DNA of 64,000 nt from Nevskiaceae bacterium (GCA_035527075.1 DATLBE010000007.1:463-64462); one strand, 5' to 3'; counted from the first letter of the stretch, positions 1 through 9,320 are shown. Notes: generated from the letters alone by a model not told the origin. Translations and numbers: made by a program.

Positions 1-274
1 ATGCTCCCAAAGATACAGCCAGCCCAATGGCGGAATAAAAGATAGTCTTTTTTGATTTTTCCAAATATTCGGGATTACCGGAACTGGTAATATATCCCAC
101 TCCTCCCCAGACAAAGAAAAGGGCGGCTAAAATCCCGGCCAAGGTAACCAAAATCTCTATGGTGTTCATCATAAAATTTTGGACTTTGGAAACATCATCG
201 GGTTGGGCATAAACTTGTGAAGCAAAAATCATGGCAGTCAAAACGAAAGATTGCAGCGTCAGAAAGATTCTCAT
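1..274 (-). CDS. Partial CDS running off the window start, VirB2/TrbC-like conjugative pilin candidate. Has a signal peptide and two hydrophobic segments.
   Basis: Manual minus-strand translation from ATG at 274..272 gives MRIFLTLQSFVLTAMIFASQVYAQPDDVSKVQNFMMNTIEILVTLAGILAALFFVWGGVGYITSSGNPEYLEKSKKTIFYSAIGLAVSLGA with no stop before position 1. A strong SD (GGAGGTGA) lies at 276-283. The architecture (cleavable signal, two hydrophobic helices, short polar loop) is typical of TrbC/VirB2 pilins. It is absent from the ORF track because it is truncated by the window edge. Confidence 0.45.
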   Translation of the reverse strand, partial: MRIFLTLQSFVLTAMIFASQVYAQPDDVSKVQNFMMNTIEILVTLAGILAALFFVWGGVGYITSSGNPEYLEKSKKTIFYSAIGLAVSLGA

Positions 275-442
275 AACTCACCTCCTTCCCTTTACCAGCA
301 GGCAGGAGATAAATAAAAACTGCCCTTTCGGGCAGCCAAACACTGAATTTCAATTATCTAGATTAAAACAAATTATAAAGTAAAAGTCAAATTTAACCCT
401 TGATATCATTGTAATAATTTAGGTTGAAATGTAAACTTAAAA

Positions 443-1402
443 TTGAAATGGTATAATTTAGTTAGTGTGGACGATATCTTTTTGCTTCTATTTCTACTCT
501 CACCAGTTCCTCTAGTAATTAGCTTAATCAAGCCAAGCATTTTCTCTCGATATTTTAAAAGAGACTTATCACGCAAAAAGCTCAGCTTATTCTTTGGCGG
601 CGCAACTGTTCTTTTCTTTGTCCTTTTTTGTTTGACTATTGAAACTACTCCTCGAGAACAAGTACTTCAAGCAGAAAACAGTAAACAGGAAAGTCAAACA
701 GTAGCAGGAGAATCAATAGAAGAAACACATCCATCATTAGTAGAGCAACCAACCACTTCAAACGTGGAAGTAGCAATAGTTACTAGGGTCATTGATGGAG
801 ACACAATTGAAATCGAAGGAGGTCAAGAAGTTCGCTATATAGGCATCGATACCCCTGAAACTGTTCATCCCAGCAATCCAGTTGAGTGTTATGGCAAAGA
901 AGCTTCTCAAAAAAACAAAGAATTAGTTGAAGGGAAAGAAGTTAAACTAGAAAAAGATGTTTCAGAAACAGACAAATATGGTAGGCTTTTAAGGTATGTT
1001 TGGCTTGGTGATATGTTTGTGAACGAATACCTTGTAAAAGAGGGCTATGCCCAGTCAAGCAGCTATCCCCCTGATGTTAGATACCAAGACCGATTTTTGG
1101 AAGCTCAAAGAAAAGCAAGAGAGGAAAAGAAAGGATTGTGGGGAGATATTTGCAATCCCTCTCAACAAATTCAAACATCACCCCAGGTTACTCCAAAAAC
1201 AACTCCATCAGCTCCCACTAATGCAACCCCGCCTACTCAGCAATCCACTAATCAAACATCAGAAAGTTACACTTGTGATTGTTCAAAAACTTGTCCTCAA
1301 ATGTCATCTTGTGCAGAAGCTCAATATCAACTAAATGTTTGTGGTTGTACTAGAAGAGATGGAGATGAAGATGGTATTGCCTGCGATGCTGACTGCCAAT
1401 AG
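443..1402 (+). CDS. Secreted or membrane-anchored thermonuclease (SNase/micrococcal nuclease-like) with a C-terminal Excalibur calcium-binding domain
   Basis: N-terminal TM helix, then the SNase fold signature (VTRVIDGDTIEI...RYIGIDTPE...YGRLLRYVW). A Pro/Thr/Gln-rich linker follows, then a Cys-rich C-terminus with DGDEDGIACD resembling the Excalibur DxDxDGxxCE motif. Confidence 0.8.
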   Translation: MKWYNLVSVDDIFLLLFLLSPVPLVISLIKPSIFSRYFKRDLSRKKLSLFFGGATVLFFVLFCLTIETTPREQVLQAENSKQESQTVAGESIEETHPSLVEQPTTSNVEVAIVTRVIDGDTIEIEGGQEVRYIGIDTPETVHPSNPVECYGKEASQKNKELVEGKEVKLEKDVSETDKYGRLLRYVWLGDMFVNEYLVKEGYAQSSSYPPDVRYQDRFLEAQRKAREEKKGLWGDICNPSQQIQTSPQVTPKTTPSAPTNATPPTQQSTNQTSESYTCDCSKTCPQMSSCAEAQYQLNVCGCTRRDGDEDGIACDADCQ

Positions 1403-1553
1403 GGGCGACGAACATAGCAAGATCCTAGACTTTCGAAAAAGCCGGAAGTATCTACTACGCCGTCTACTTGATAGAAGAGAATAAGGAGTTTTTCAAAAAG
1501 TATCTCAAGAAGGCAAAAATGAAAGTAAAGTTTGTTAGATCGAAAAAACAAAT

Positions 1554-2654
1554 ATGAAAAAATTGCGGACAGGAAAAACAAAAAGTATTTTACTCAGTTC
1601 TGTTGACTCGGCACTACTAGCAGTTGAAGTGTACAACAAGCCTAGAACAACCTTTCGACAACAAAACTATATAACTTTAATGGTGATGGCTTGGACAAGG
1701 TTGCTTCAGTCATATTTTTACCAGGAGATAGGTGATAAATATTACTACAAAAAAAAGAATGGCAGATACGAGAGGATTAATGGCGAGAGAAAGGCCTGGG
1801 ATTTAGCAAAGTGCGTTAAGGAGTTTAACAAACTCAAATCTGATAAGCTCTCGAACGGAGTCCGTGCAAACCTCAAATTTATTATTGGATTAAGACATAA
1901 AATTGAACACCGTTATGTTTCATCAAAGGAACTTGAAGCAAGTGTGTTTGGAGAATGTCAGGCCTGTCTCTACAACTATGAGAATTTGTTGGTTGATCTT
2001 TATGGAGGCGATTACGCATTGAACGAGGCTCTCTCCTTTTCCTTACAATTTTCTCAGTTCAGAACAGAGGAACAACAGAGAGCCAGTAAAACATTATTGT
2101 CTAAAGACATTAAAGCAATAAAACAGTATGTTGACAAATTTAGAACCAGTCTTGACGATAACGTTTTCAACTCTCAAGAATACAGCATCAAACTAATTCA
2201 GATACCGAAAATTAGTAATACAAACAGATCAGATTTGGCTATAGAGTTTGTTCGTTGGGATGAACTAAACGAAGAAGATCGAAAAAACTACCAGAAAGTG
2301 ACAACAATAATCAAAGATAAAGTTGTGAAGAGAGATGTTATAAGTGCTGGAAAACTACTCCCATCTGCTGTTTTAAACGAAATAAAAAAGAACACTAAAA
2401 AGTCATTGACTCACTACGACCACAAATGCCTTTATTTTATTTTCGATATTCGTCCGGTTAGCGGAGAAGACAAAGATCCCGTCGATACTGAAACTGAATA
2501 TTGTTTATATGATGAAGTACATAAAGACTACCTTTATGAGGATAAATGGGTAGACTTTCTCTCACAACTGATCGCTGGCATGAAGTTAACAAGAAAAAAG
2601 TGGAAAAAATACTATAGGGAAAGAAAAAAATTAGATATTTCTAATTATAAATGA
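1554..2654 (+). CDS. Hypothetical protein with an HEPN-like Rx4H motif (possible RNase or abortive-infection-type defence protein)
   Basis: 366 aa with no housekeeping signature. Contains GLRHKIEHRY (R-x4-H, the HEPN catalytic motif) in a predicted helical context. The N-terminal LLSSVDSALLAVEVYNKP resembles DUF3644/Abi-like HEPN families. Confidence 0.4.
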   Translation: MKKLRTGKTKSILLSSVDSALLAVEVYNKPRTTFRQQNYITLMVMAWTRLLQSYFYQEIGDKYYYKKKNGRYERINGERKAWDLAKCVKEFNKLKSDKLSNGVRANLKFIIGLRHKIEHRYVSSKELEASVFGECQACLYNYENLLVDLYGGDYALNEALSFSLQFSQFRTEEQQRASKTLLSKDIKAIKQYVDKFRTSLDDNVFNSQEYSIKLIQIPKISNTNRSDLAIEFVRWDELNEEDRKNYQKVTTIIKDKVVKRDVISAGKLLPSAVLNEIKKNTKKSLTHYDHKCLYFIFDIRPVSGEDKDPVDTETEYCLYDEVHKDYLYEDKWVDFLSQLIAGMKLTRKKWKKYYRERKKLDISNYK

Positions 2655-2761
2655 CCTCTTTTTTATACTGTCTCATTTGTCTCATTTAGCCTAAAATGAT
2701 ATACTCAGAATGGTCGAGTTATAGGGACTAACAGGTCCCAGACCGACCTGCTCAGCAAGGT

Positions 2762-3457
2762 ATGAAAATCTCTACAGTCTCGGCATTGATGAATTCGCGG
2801 ATATTTATTAGCGAGTGGGTGCAGATTTGCTCAACACTTTTCTTGGGAGCAATGGCCATTTATGCTCCGTATATAGCTGAAAAACTTAAACGTAAGTATT
2901 TCCAACCAGGATTAAGAATCAAATTTAAGTTGGCAACTCCAGGCTGTCATCAAACACGGAGGGTTGGGAAAAACTCAGACTTTCCTGTCTATTATTTTAG
3001 ATTCTTAGTCGAAAATTTTGGCAAAACCCAAGCTGAAGAGTGTGAAGTTTTTTTAGAAAAGATTTTTAAAGAGAACGGTGCGGGTGAGATGGTAGAAAAT
3101 AAAAAAATTTCACCTGTAAATTTAAAATGGTCGGGAATAAGAGATCCGTATAAAAGAACTATTCAACCAGAAAAAGAAATGTACTGCGACCTAGGTAAAG
3201 TTCAACACCCAGATGATTATTATCAATTTATATATAAAGGGTTTTCTAAGAGAGATGAGGCAACTAATAAGTTTATCCTTGAACTTCCCGAAAAGTACTA
3301 TTCGCAGCAAGACTGCTTAACTCCAGGAAAATATAAGATAAAAATATCTGTTTATAGCAATAATGCTAAAAAAGTTTCCCGCCAATTTTTATTGTCGTGG
3401 ACTGGAAAGTGGAAAGATGAAGAGTCGGATATGTTTAATGAATTGGTCATCAGTTAA
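2762..3457 (+). CDS. Hypothetical protein
   Basis: 231-aa ORF with a hydrophobic N-terminal segment and no recognisable family. It is flanked by a ~21-bp imperfect direct repeat (2737-2760 and 3487-3510). Confidence 0.5.
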   Translation: MKISTVSALMNSRIFISEWVQICSTLFLGAMAIYAPYIAEKLKRKYFQPGLRIKFKLATPGCHQTRRVGKNSDFPVYYFRFLVENFGKTQAEECEVFLEKIFKENGAGEMVENKKISPVNLKWSGIRDPYKRTIQPEKEMYCDLGKVQHPDDYYQFIYKGFSKRDEATNKFILELPEKYYSQQDCLTPGKYKIKISVYSNNAKKVSRQFLLSWTGKWKDEESDMFNELVIS

Positions 3458-3585
3458 GCAGAGAATAATTTATAAGATTCAAAAGTTCTAGACTGACCTG
3501 CTTAGTACCGCGCAACTCAGAGAAAATAAACTATGGGAGTAAATAACTAACCTTACCATTTACCCCAAAGGCATACCTAGAGAAA

Positions 3586-3963
3586 ATGTCGAAAAAAATT
3601 CCACAAAGATATTACTTAAAGCCCTACCTTCTCTTTCTATTTAAGGAGATCCCCGGCATAATCCAAATATTTTCCCTACCTACAATATTTGGAATATTAT
3701 TAAATCGCCCTTGGTGGGCTTATTTAGTGGGTTGTTTAACGGGTTTCTTTTTGGGCAGTTATTTAATTGCAAGGACTCTTGTTTATTTGTGTAACTTAAT
3801 GGTTACTAGAGACCCATTTTTAAATATAAAAATTAATTCCCGGGAAGAATTCATAGAATATGTTAAGTGGTGGATAGTCTATATTTTAATAACTGGCCTC
3901 TTTTTTGCTCTGCTAAGCGCTGTGACTATTCTCCAGATAAACTATAATTTTTCTAGGAATTGA
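3586..3963 (+). CDS. Small integral membrane protein (about 3 TM helices), hypothetical
   Basis: 125 aa with three strongly hydrophobic stretches. Confidence 0.5.
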   Translation: MSKKIPQRYYLKPYLLFLFKEIPGIIQIFSLPTIFGILLNRPWWAYLVGCLTGFFLGSYLIARTLVYLCNLMVTRDPFLNIKINSREEFIEYVKWWIVYILITGLFFALLSAVTILQINYNFSRN

Positions 3964-3987
3964 TAACAAATTCTATTTTATAAAAAA

Positions 3988-4007
3988 GGTTCGAACTCTG
4001 TCCACGG
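3988..4007 (+). repeat. Repeat family A, partial inverted copy (GGTTCGAACTCTGTCCACGG)
   Basis: Matches the reverse complement of the GTGGACGAAGTTCGAAC core found at 5917, 8717 and 12819. Lies 25 nt 3' of ORF 3586..3963. Confidence 0.6.
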
Positions 4008-4166
4008 TTCGCAGCAAGCTTGAGCACCCCAAGTGACCGAGATCTCTTAAAAAAACTGATAATCCTTGCAAATCTCGCTGTTTTCTCTTCGAAGATTCGA
4101 ACCAGCTATTTTCTCTAAAATAAGTTTCAACGTAGTTTACTAAACCCTGCAAAATATCTTATAACA

Positions 4167-4195
4167 TTGATAATCTGCCTCTAAGTTGATAAAAT
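4167..4195 (+). promoter_or_regulatory. Sigma70-like promoter for ORF 4204..4806, possibly producing a leaderless mRNA
   Basis: TTGATA (4167-4172), 17-nt spacer, TAAAAT (4190-4195). The ATG at 4204 is about 8 nt downstream of the -10 box. Confidence 0.4.
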
Positions 4196-4203
4196 ATTGA
4201 TGT

Positions 4204-4806
4204 ATGATAGAGGGACCAAGGCGACCAAGGACAATCGATTTTACAGACGAAAGCAAGACTTATGTTAAGGTAAGAGACTTAACTTTTGAGATTGAACATT
4301 CGCCTTGGGGTTCTATAGAAGAATATGGGGTTGAGGGTGTTTACTCTCTTGCATGGAAATTAAAAGATGTTGATGAAACAGTAATGGATGGGGCTTTGAT
4401 TACAATTGAATCTGGTTGTCGAACTCTTATTCAACATGTCGTGTCAGAAACAACTTTTTGCGAAGTCCCTCAGACAGGCATATTAACTTTTTTGGCTGTT
4501 GATCCTGAGGGAAATCTCCACATCCATCATTTTGATTCGCAAGAAGAAGATGCTAGTAGCTACATGATGGAAGTTAAAAAAGGCTGGACAATGTGTTGGT
4601 TCGCCTCTAAAAATCAAATTATACCAGCTCACGTATTAGAGCTTAGAGAACCAGGATTTAAAACGTCAGAGTTAGCTACGGTTGAATTTGGTGTGGCGGA
4701 ATTCAATGGGCACCCAATTCCACCAAAACTATGGGAAACTATAAAGCGTCTAATGGAGGAAGACTACGATCCTAAACTACTGTGGGACTGGGTTCGAAAA
4801 TCGTGA
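4204..4806 (+). CDS. Hypothetical protein
   Basis: 200-aa ORF, soluble, no recognisable motif. Confidence 0.5.
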   Translation: MIEGPRRPRTIDFTDESKTYVKVRDLTFEIEHSPWGSIEEYGVEGVYSLAWKLKDVDETVMDGALITIESGCRTLIQHVVSETTFCEVPQTGILTFLAVDPEGNLHIHHFDSQEEDASSYMMEVKKGWTMCWFASKNQIIPAHVLELREPGFKTSELATVEFGVAEFNGHPIPPKLWETIKRLMEEDYDPKLLWDWVRKS

Positions 4807-5047
4807 GCTAGCCTCTGCAAATAAGAAGTACTAACAAAGTTCACTAGCCCCCCTTTCAATGTTTGCCATAAACGAACTTTATCACTTTGCGAAAAAAATG
4901 TTAAATCACGGGCATGTTATATTAAATGCCAACTAGCTCGAACGATGGTATGTTTTCCGACGAATTGACTGGGTAACTGAGCTTGAATATCCAGAGTTTA
5001 CATCAAAGCAAGTAAATTCTTTTTTAGAGATACAATTAGAGTAATTT

Positions 5048-5524
5048 TTATAACTCTAGTAACCTGACGATAAAAAGATTAAGAATCGCCGCAAAGCTGA
5101 CCCACAAAATATAAGGAATGAGCAACAACCCAGCAATTCTAGAAATTTTATAAAAGCTCAAAGTAGCCAGCAAGATAAAAACCCAGAGGGCAATGATTTC
5201 CAAGAAAGCATATTGGGGCAAGCGCAAGCCAAAAAAGATGATTGACCATAAGGAATTAAGAACCAGTTGAATGGCAAAGAATATCAAAGCAGTTTTGACT
5301 TCTTTCTTCCCAATCCCCTTATTCCAGATTAAATAGGCAGCAATACCCATCAAGGTATAAAGAAGAAACCAAACAGGAGCAAATAACCAATTAGGAGGGC
5401 TAAAACTTGGTTTTTCAAGCCCAGCATACCAAGAAGGGATTGCAGGAGTGGTAAATATTAACCCCACCAGGCCTGCTCCCTGGCAAATCAAAACAGCTAA
5501 AATTAAGTTAAAAATCCTTTTCAT
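5048..5524 (-). CDS. tspO: TspO/MBR family tryptophan-rich sensory protein
   Basis: 158 aa with 5 TM helices. The Trp-rich motifs (WYAGLEKPSFSPPNWLFAPVWFLLYTLMGIAAYLIW) are characteristic of TspO/MBR. Confidence 0.85.
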   Translation of the reverse strand: MKRIFNLILAVLICQGAGLVGLIFTTPAIPSWYAGLEKPSFSPPNWLFAPVWFLLYTLMGIAAYLIWNKGIGKKEVKTALIFFAIQLVLNSLWSIIFFGLRLPQYAFLEIIALWVFILLATLSFYKISRIAGLLLIPYILWVSFAAILNLFIVRLLEL

Positions 5525-5765
5525 ATTTATTTTTCAAAATTTCAATCAAATCCTCTCTGTACAAACCCTCTAATTTTGGAATCAAATCTAACTCCAAATA
5601 ATCTTTAATTCCATGAACCACCCTTGGATTCACAAATTCTTCAAAATATTTTCCAGCTTCCTTAAAACCCTTCCCAAAATCCAAAAAAAATCGAGTGCTT
5701 TTGTCTTCCAACAAAATTTTATTTCCCCCAATTTCATTTATTCCTCCATAAAAAGTCAGTTTCAT
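5508..5765 (-). pseudogene. N-terminal fragment of an MBL-fold metallo-hydrolase (RNase J / beta-CASP-like) truncated before the HxHxDH motif
   Basis: MKLTFYGGINEIGGNKILLEDKSTRFFLDFGKGF matches the first beta-strands of MBL-fold hydrolases. The ORF stops after 85 aa, overlapping the tspO start, before any metal-binding motif. Confidence 0.4.
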
Positions 5766-5907
5766 AATAAAATATTCTCAAATTCTTAAGAATATTGGAA
5801 TGTTTATATTATTTGGCGATAAATGCTTTGTCTAAAATTGACGCAAATTCTCATATCTATATTCTACCAAATCAAAAAAGTCCAGGAAACTGGGCTTCTG
5901 AAACTAA

Positions 5908-5936
5908 CTCCCCATCGTGGACGAAGTTCGAACTAG
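5908..5936 (+). repeat. Repeat family A copy (CTCCCCATCGTGGACGAAGTTCGAACTAG)
   Basis: Near-identical to 8701-8735 and 12797-12840. Contains the palindromic TTCGAA and a tRNA T-arm-like GTTCGAAC motif. Lies immediately 3' of ORF 5953..6495. Confidence 0.8.
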
Positions 5937-5952
5937 TTTGAGTTTTTGATTT

Positions 5953-6495
5953 CTAAAGCCCAACTTTTGGAACATACGGCTGTAATCTATAAACCGGTAT
6001 ATTATTTTCTTTAAGCCAAGTTGTAAATTTTTCATCTATATCATCAGAAGGGCTTTCTAGGAAATTTGGTTGAACAATTAATAAAAGCTTGGCTTTTTTC
6101 ATTGTAAGAGCAAGTAGCACATATTCTGGATAAACCTCGTCAAGAATGATTAATCCTTTAAATCGAACCAAGTCAGGATAAGACAAGCCGTCATGGCCAG
6201 AAAATCTGTCTTGTCTTCTGGGTTCATGATAAGCGATTTCAATTTGATTAGCTCTCATAAAAACACAGTCAGAGAATTGTTGGTTTTCAGGTTCTGTTAA
6301 GATTTTATGCCTTAAAATTCTGCCAAAAGTTGATTTGCCAGAGGCGTTTTCATCAGCGGTAAGAACTACTACAGAACTGTTCCTTAGAAGTTCTAAAACA
6401 TCTTCAACTTCTTGAGTTCTTAAACTAAGTTTATCTTCAAGAATAGGATGGCCTAAAGAATCTCTAATAACTGGGTCGAATTCTATTTTTGGCAT
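5953..6495 (-). CDS. Hypothetical protein with a deviant P-loop (ASGKST) and hhhhDE Walker-B-like motif
   Basis: VVVLTADENASGKSTFGRIL and LIILDEV suggest a small NTPase-like fold. No family assignment is possible. Confidence 0.4.
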   Translation of the reverse strand: MPKIEFDPVIRDSLGHPILEDKLSLRTQEVEDVLELLRNSSVVVLTADENASGKSTFGRILRHKILTEPENQQFSDCVFMRANQIEIAYHEPRRQDRFSGHDGLSYPDLVRFKGLIILDEVYPEYVLLALTMKKAKLLLIVQPNFLESPSDDIDEKFTTWLKENNIPVYRLQPYVPKVGL

Positions 6496-6724
6496 ACAGA
6501 GGTATTATAGCAAAAAACTATTTAAGTTACAAGACATTTGGCTCTTAAATGCTCAGCGCCGCTTTTAAAAAAAGGAAGGAGATAATCAAGCAGTTATCTT
6601 AAAACCAAAATCCGTGGCTCCCTAGTCCTAGGATTAATCTAACTGAAATTATTAAGGCTTTTCAGACAGTAGCAGTAGTCGAACAAACAAAAGAAAGATT
6701 GAGGCAAATAAGAAAATTTTAAGT

Positions 6725-7174
6725 TTAAGGTCTCTCGAAATAAGTTTCGATATAATCTCCCTCTTGGGCAACAACAACCATATCTGTTTTTTTATCATAA
6801 ACGCCGTGGGTTATTAAATAGTCGCCAACCCTAATCGTACCCGTATGGAAATTTAATCGAATTTTTCCCATTTCCCTATCTCCTACGGGAGAAGGTGGGT
6901 AAGCAGTATAAGTGACATTTACAAAAATACCACTGTCTTTTTTAATTTTAAAAACAAACTTCCTTGGTGTGTCCAAAAGTCCTTCTGGAGTTGTATCACC
7001 TCCACTGACTACATATCCAAAAACTGCAGTAACAACTTTATCCAACATGTTTTCCTCTTCAATAATAATCGGGAAGGGTGTGGGTTGCTCCCTAGTAATG
7101 GGAAGTTCTAAATCTTTTCTTAATTCAGGCTTCAGCTGTAAACTAGCAACCACCCCAACCACTAAAGCAAACAT
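6725..7174 (-). CDS. Hypothetical secreted or membrane-anchored protein
   Basis: 149 aa with an N-terminal hydrophobic helix (MFALVVGVVASLQL). Confidence 0.45.
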   Translation of the reverse strand: MFALVVGVVASLQLKPELRKDLELPITREQPTPFPIIIEEENMLDKVVTAVFGYVVSGGDTTPEGLLDTPRKFVFKIKKDSGIFVNVTYTAYPPSPVGDREMGKIRLNFHTGTIRVGDYLITHGVYDKKTDMVVVAQEGDYIETYFERP

Positions 7175-7273
7175 AACGAATACCAGAATTGAAGCTCAAA
7201 AAGAAACATTTCTTTTCATACTTTTCATTTTAACATAATGAAAACAAGGTTCGTGGTTAGATTAAAACAAATT

Positions 7274-7385
7274 AGCTCGAAGGGCGTAACCTTAATATAA
7301 CCAAGAGTTTTTCCCATATTATCAAGGTTTTTGAAGATTTCAGGTTTGTGCAGGATTTACGAGAGGAGATAGCAAAAGTAAAGCC
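7274..7385 (+). repeat. Repeat family B copy 1 (~110 bp). The reverse strand has a promoter-like TTGATA-N19-TTATAT.
   Basis: About 90% identical to 9321-9436 and about 75% to 12434-12545. The conserved core is CTCGAAGGGCGTAACCTTAATATAACCAAGAGTTTTTCCCATATTATCAA. Confidence 0.8.
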
Positions 7386-7444
7386 TTGCTTAGTTTTAGC
7401 TACTTAGTTATCTATTTTTAGAGAGAACAAGTTGCTACCGCTCT

Positions 7445-8617
7445 TTACAAAATTTCCGTGAAATATTTTCTAATCACTTCTTTCTCTGCGTCTGAGTATC
7501 CTTTAATATATACACCCGGCATTCCAGGCACTTCCCCCTCAGCAAAGTATCCAAGCATAAACCCAGATACTTTGCCTTTTCCTTTTTCAAAAACTATCTT
7601 AAAGGCTCTCGCAAGCTCTTCTTCACTCATCCACCCCTCTTCTAAAACATCCACTATACCAGCCCCCTCTACAAAGAACCTGTCAAACACGCCAAATTCG
7701 TCAATAATAACTCCTTTGCAGCCATCCCTCTCTGCTCTGGCGAGCATATAATCTATAGCCCCTTCAACATGTTGTGAATAGCCTTCTAGTGTCAGTATGT
7801 CAGCCCACTGCAGCCGGTCCTTTGGCTCTAGACTTTCGCTTACTGGAAACAAAAGAGTAAGACCTATATAATCATATCCTGTGAACTCTCCCGGTGGCTC
7901 TTTAGCTATCCGAGCTATTGCTGTTTTATCAGGTGGTGAGCCGACTCCACCAAAGGACCAATAGATTTCACCATGATAAACTTTTTTAACTTTAGGAAGA
8001 ATCTCCTGTCCCCACTTGAAAACATCTACTGAAAGCACAGTCTGTGGCTCAGCTAGAGGAGCAAAAATTTCAACATCATGTTCTTCTGCAAATTCAGCCG
8101 CCTCAATAATCAGAGAGTTTAATTTTTCTAAATCTTTCTCTCCTAGCCTAGGCCTGGGTTTAGGGTAAAGGTTTGGGGTCAGCATAACTTTCATGTTGTT
8201 TTCTTGAGCAAGTCGAATGTTATCGAGTGCGTAAGACGTCTCTAAACGAACAACTGGATTGCCCTCCTCTTGAATAATTCCAATTGCTAAGGATGCAGTG
8301 TTCATTCCCAGGTCCTTCATCACCGGCATAATAGAAGCCAACCCACCCTTATCCAGCGCAGGCATCCAAGCTCCTTTGTAAATCACCTCTTTGGTAGCAA
8401 AAAAGTTTTTCCAAACAAAAAATCCTCCTATACCTAAGCCAATTAGAACTAATGAAATAATTAAAATCTTTATTATCAATCTCTTTTTGGGGTTTTTGGG
8501 TAGAGTTAGTTTGGGGGGTGTTTGGGGGATAATAGAGGGTTGTGGGTTTTGAGAAATATTCTTAACTTCAGGTTGTGTTTTCTGTGTGGTGGGAGCTTGT
8601 GGGATATTGACTTCCAT
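7445..8617 (-). CDS. Membrane-anchored protein with an extracytoplasmic TIM-barrel-like domain, possible glycoside hydrolase
   Basis: Pro/Gln/Thr-rich N-terminus, a single TM helix, then an alternating beta/alpha pattern with conserved acidic residues (IIDEFG, EG motifs). The family assignment is tentative. Confidence 0.35.
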   Translation of the reverse strand: MEVNIPQAPTTQKTQPEVKNISQNPQPSIIPQTPPKLTLPKNPKKRLIIKILIISLVLIGLGIGGFFVWKNFFATKEVIYKGAWMPALDKGGLASIMPVMKDLGMNTASLAIGIIQEEGNPVVRLETSYALDNIRLAQENNMKVMLTPNLYPKPRPRLGEKDLEKLNSLIIEAAEFAEEHDVEIFAPLAEPQTVLSVDVFKWGQEILPKVKKVYHGEIYWSFGGVGSPPDKTAIARIAKEPPGEFTGYDYIGLTLLFPVSESLEPKDRLQWADILTLEGYSQHVEGAIDYMLARAERDGCKGVIIDEFGVFDRFFVEGAGIVDVLEEGWMSEEELARAFKIVFEKGKGKVSGFMLGYFAEGEVPGMPGVYIKGYSDAEKEVIRKYFTEIL

Positions 8618-8700
8618 TAATTAAATTATAACATATTAGAATCCAGAACACGGAAAGTTCTAATAAAAACAAGTCAGCGAGGGGAGTTATATTAAGTACC

Positions 8701-8735
8701 GACTGGCTCCCCATCGTGGACGAAGTTCGGACTAC
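8701..8735 (+). repeat. Repeat family A copy (GACTGGCTCCCCATCGTGGACGAAGTTCGGACTAC)
   Basis: Aligns with 5908-5936 and 12797-12840. Lies immediately 3' of ORF 8764..9255. Confidence 0.8.
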
Positions 8736-8763
8736 TTTTAAGATTAAATTCGTAAATAAAGCC

Positions 8764-9255
8764 TTATTTTAAAGGTTTCATAATAATTAAAGAACGCTCT
8801 TTATATCCTTGCAAGGCATAAAACTGACGTGCCAGTTTATTAGGAGCAAAAACATCTAAACGGGCAATGTCACAAGCTTGAGATTTAAAGTAATCTTCCA
8901 GCTTAGCCAAAAGCCTTTTTCCTATTCCTTTACTTCTATATTGTGGGGCAACATATAATTCATTAATTATCCCTGGTTTTGTCTGGATTGCCTCCATTTG
9001 TTCTTCTTTATCTTGACTGCCAATATAGCCACCAATAAAACCAATTAACCTATCTTTAATATGTGCTACATAAACTTTTCCTTGCTCCTCCCTTGCCTCT
9101 TTTAGCATTTTTTCTGTAAAATATTTTGCTCCGCCGCCCTTAAATTGAGTTTTATGCATATTATCTATTTTCTCAAGATATGCACCAAATTCAGACATTA
9201 AACTAACAATCTGTTTCCAGTCATTCTGCTGATACTCTCCAATAACAATTTTCAT
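8764..9255 (-). CDS. GNAT family N-acetyltransferase
   Basis: 163 aa. The acetyl-CoA binding motif YRSKGIGKRLL (Q/R-x-x-G-x-G/A) and overall GNAT topology are present. Confidence 0.8.
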   Translation of the reverse strand: MKIVIGEYQQNDWKQIVSLMSEFGAYLEKIDNMHKTQFKGGGAKYFTEKMLKEAREEQGKVYVAHIKDRLIGFIGGYIGSQDKEEQMEAIQTKPGIINELYVAPQYRSKGIGKRLLAKLEDYFKSQACDIARLDVFAPNKLARQFYALQGYKERSLIIMKPLK

Positions 9256-9320
9256 TTTTTATCCCTCTTATTAATTCTACCACAAACCAAAAAATCCCAG
9301 AAAATCGGGCTTTCTGAAGC

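Noticed and set aside
1047-1581. ORFs 1047-1334 (+) and 1327-1581 (-) overlapping the nuclease gene
   Set aside because: These are alternative or antisense frames within the SNase/Excalibur CDS and its 3' region. There are no supporting signals.
4089-4100. 12-bp identity with the tRNA-Val T-arm (GATTCGAACCAG), as a candidate att core
   Set aside because: T-arm sequences are near-universal among tRNAs and among the island's tRNA-like repeats. The identity does not extend into the acceptor stem, so it is not a convincing attL/attR pair on its own.
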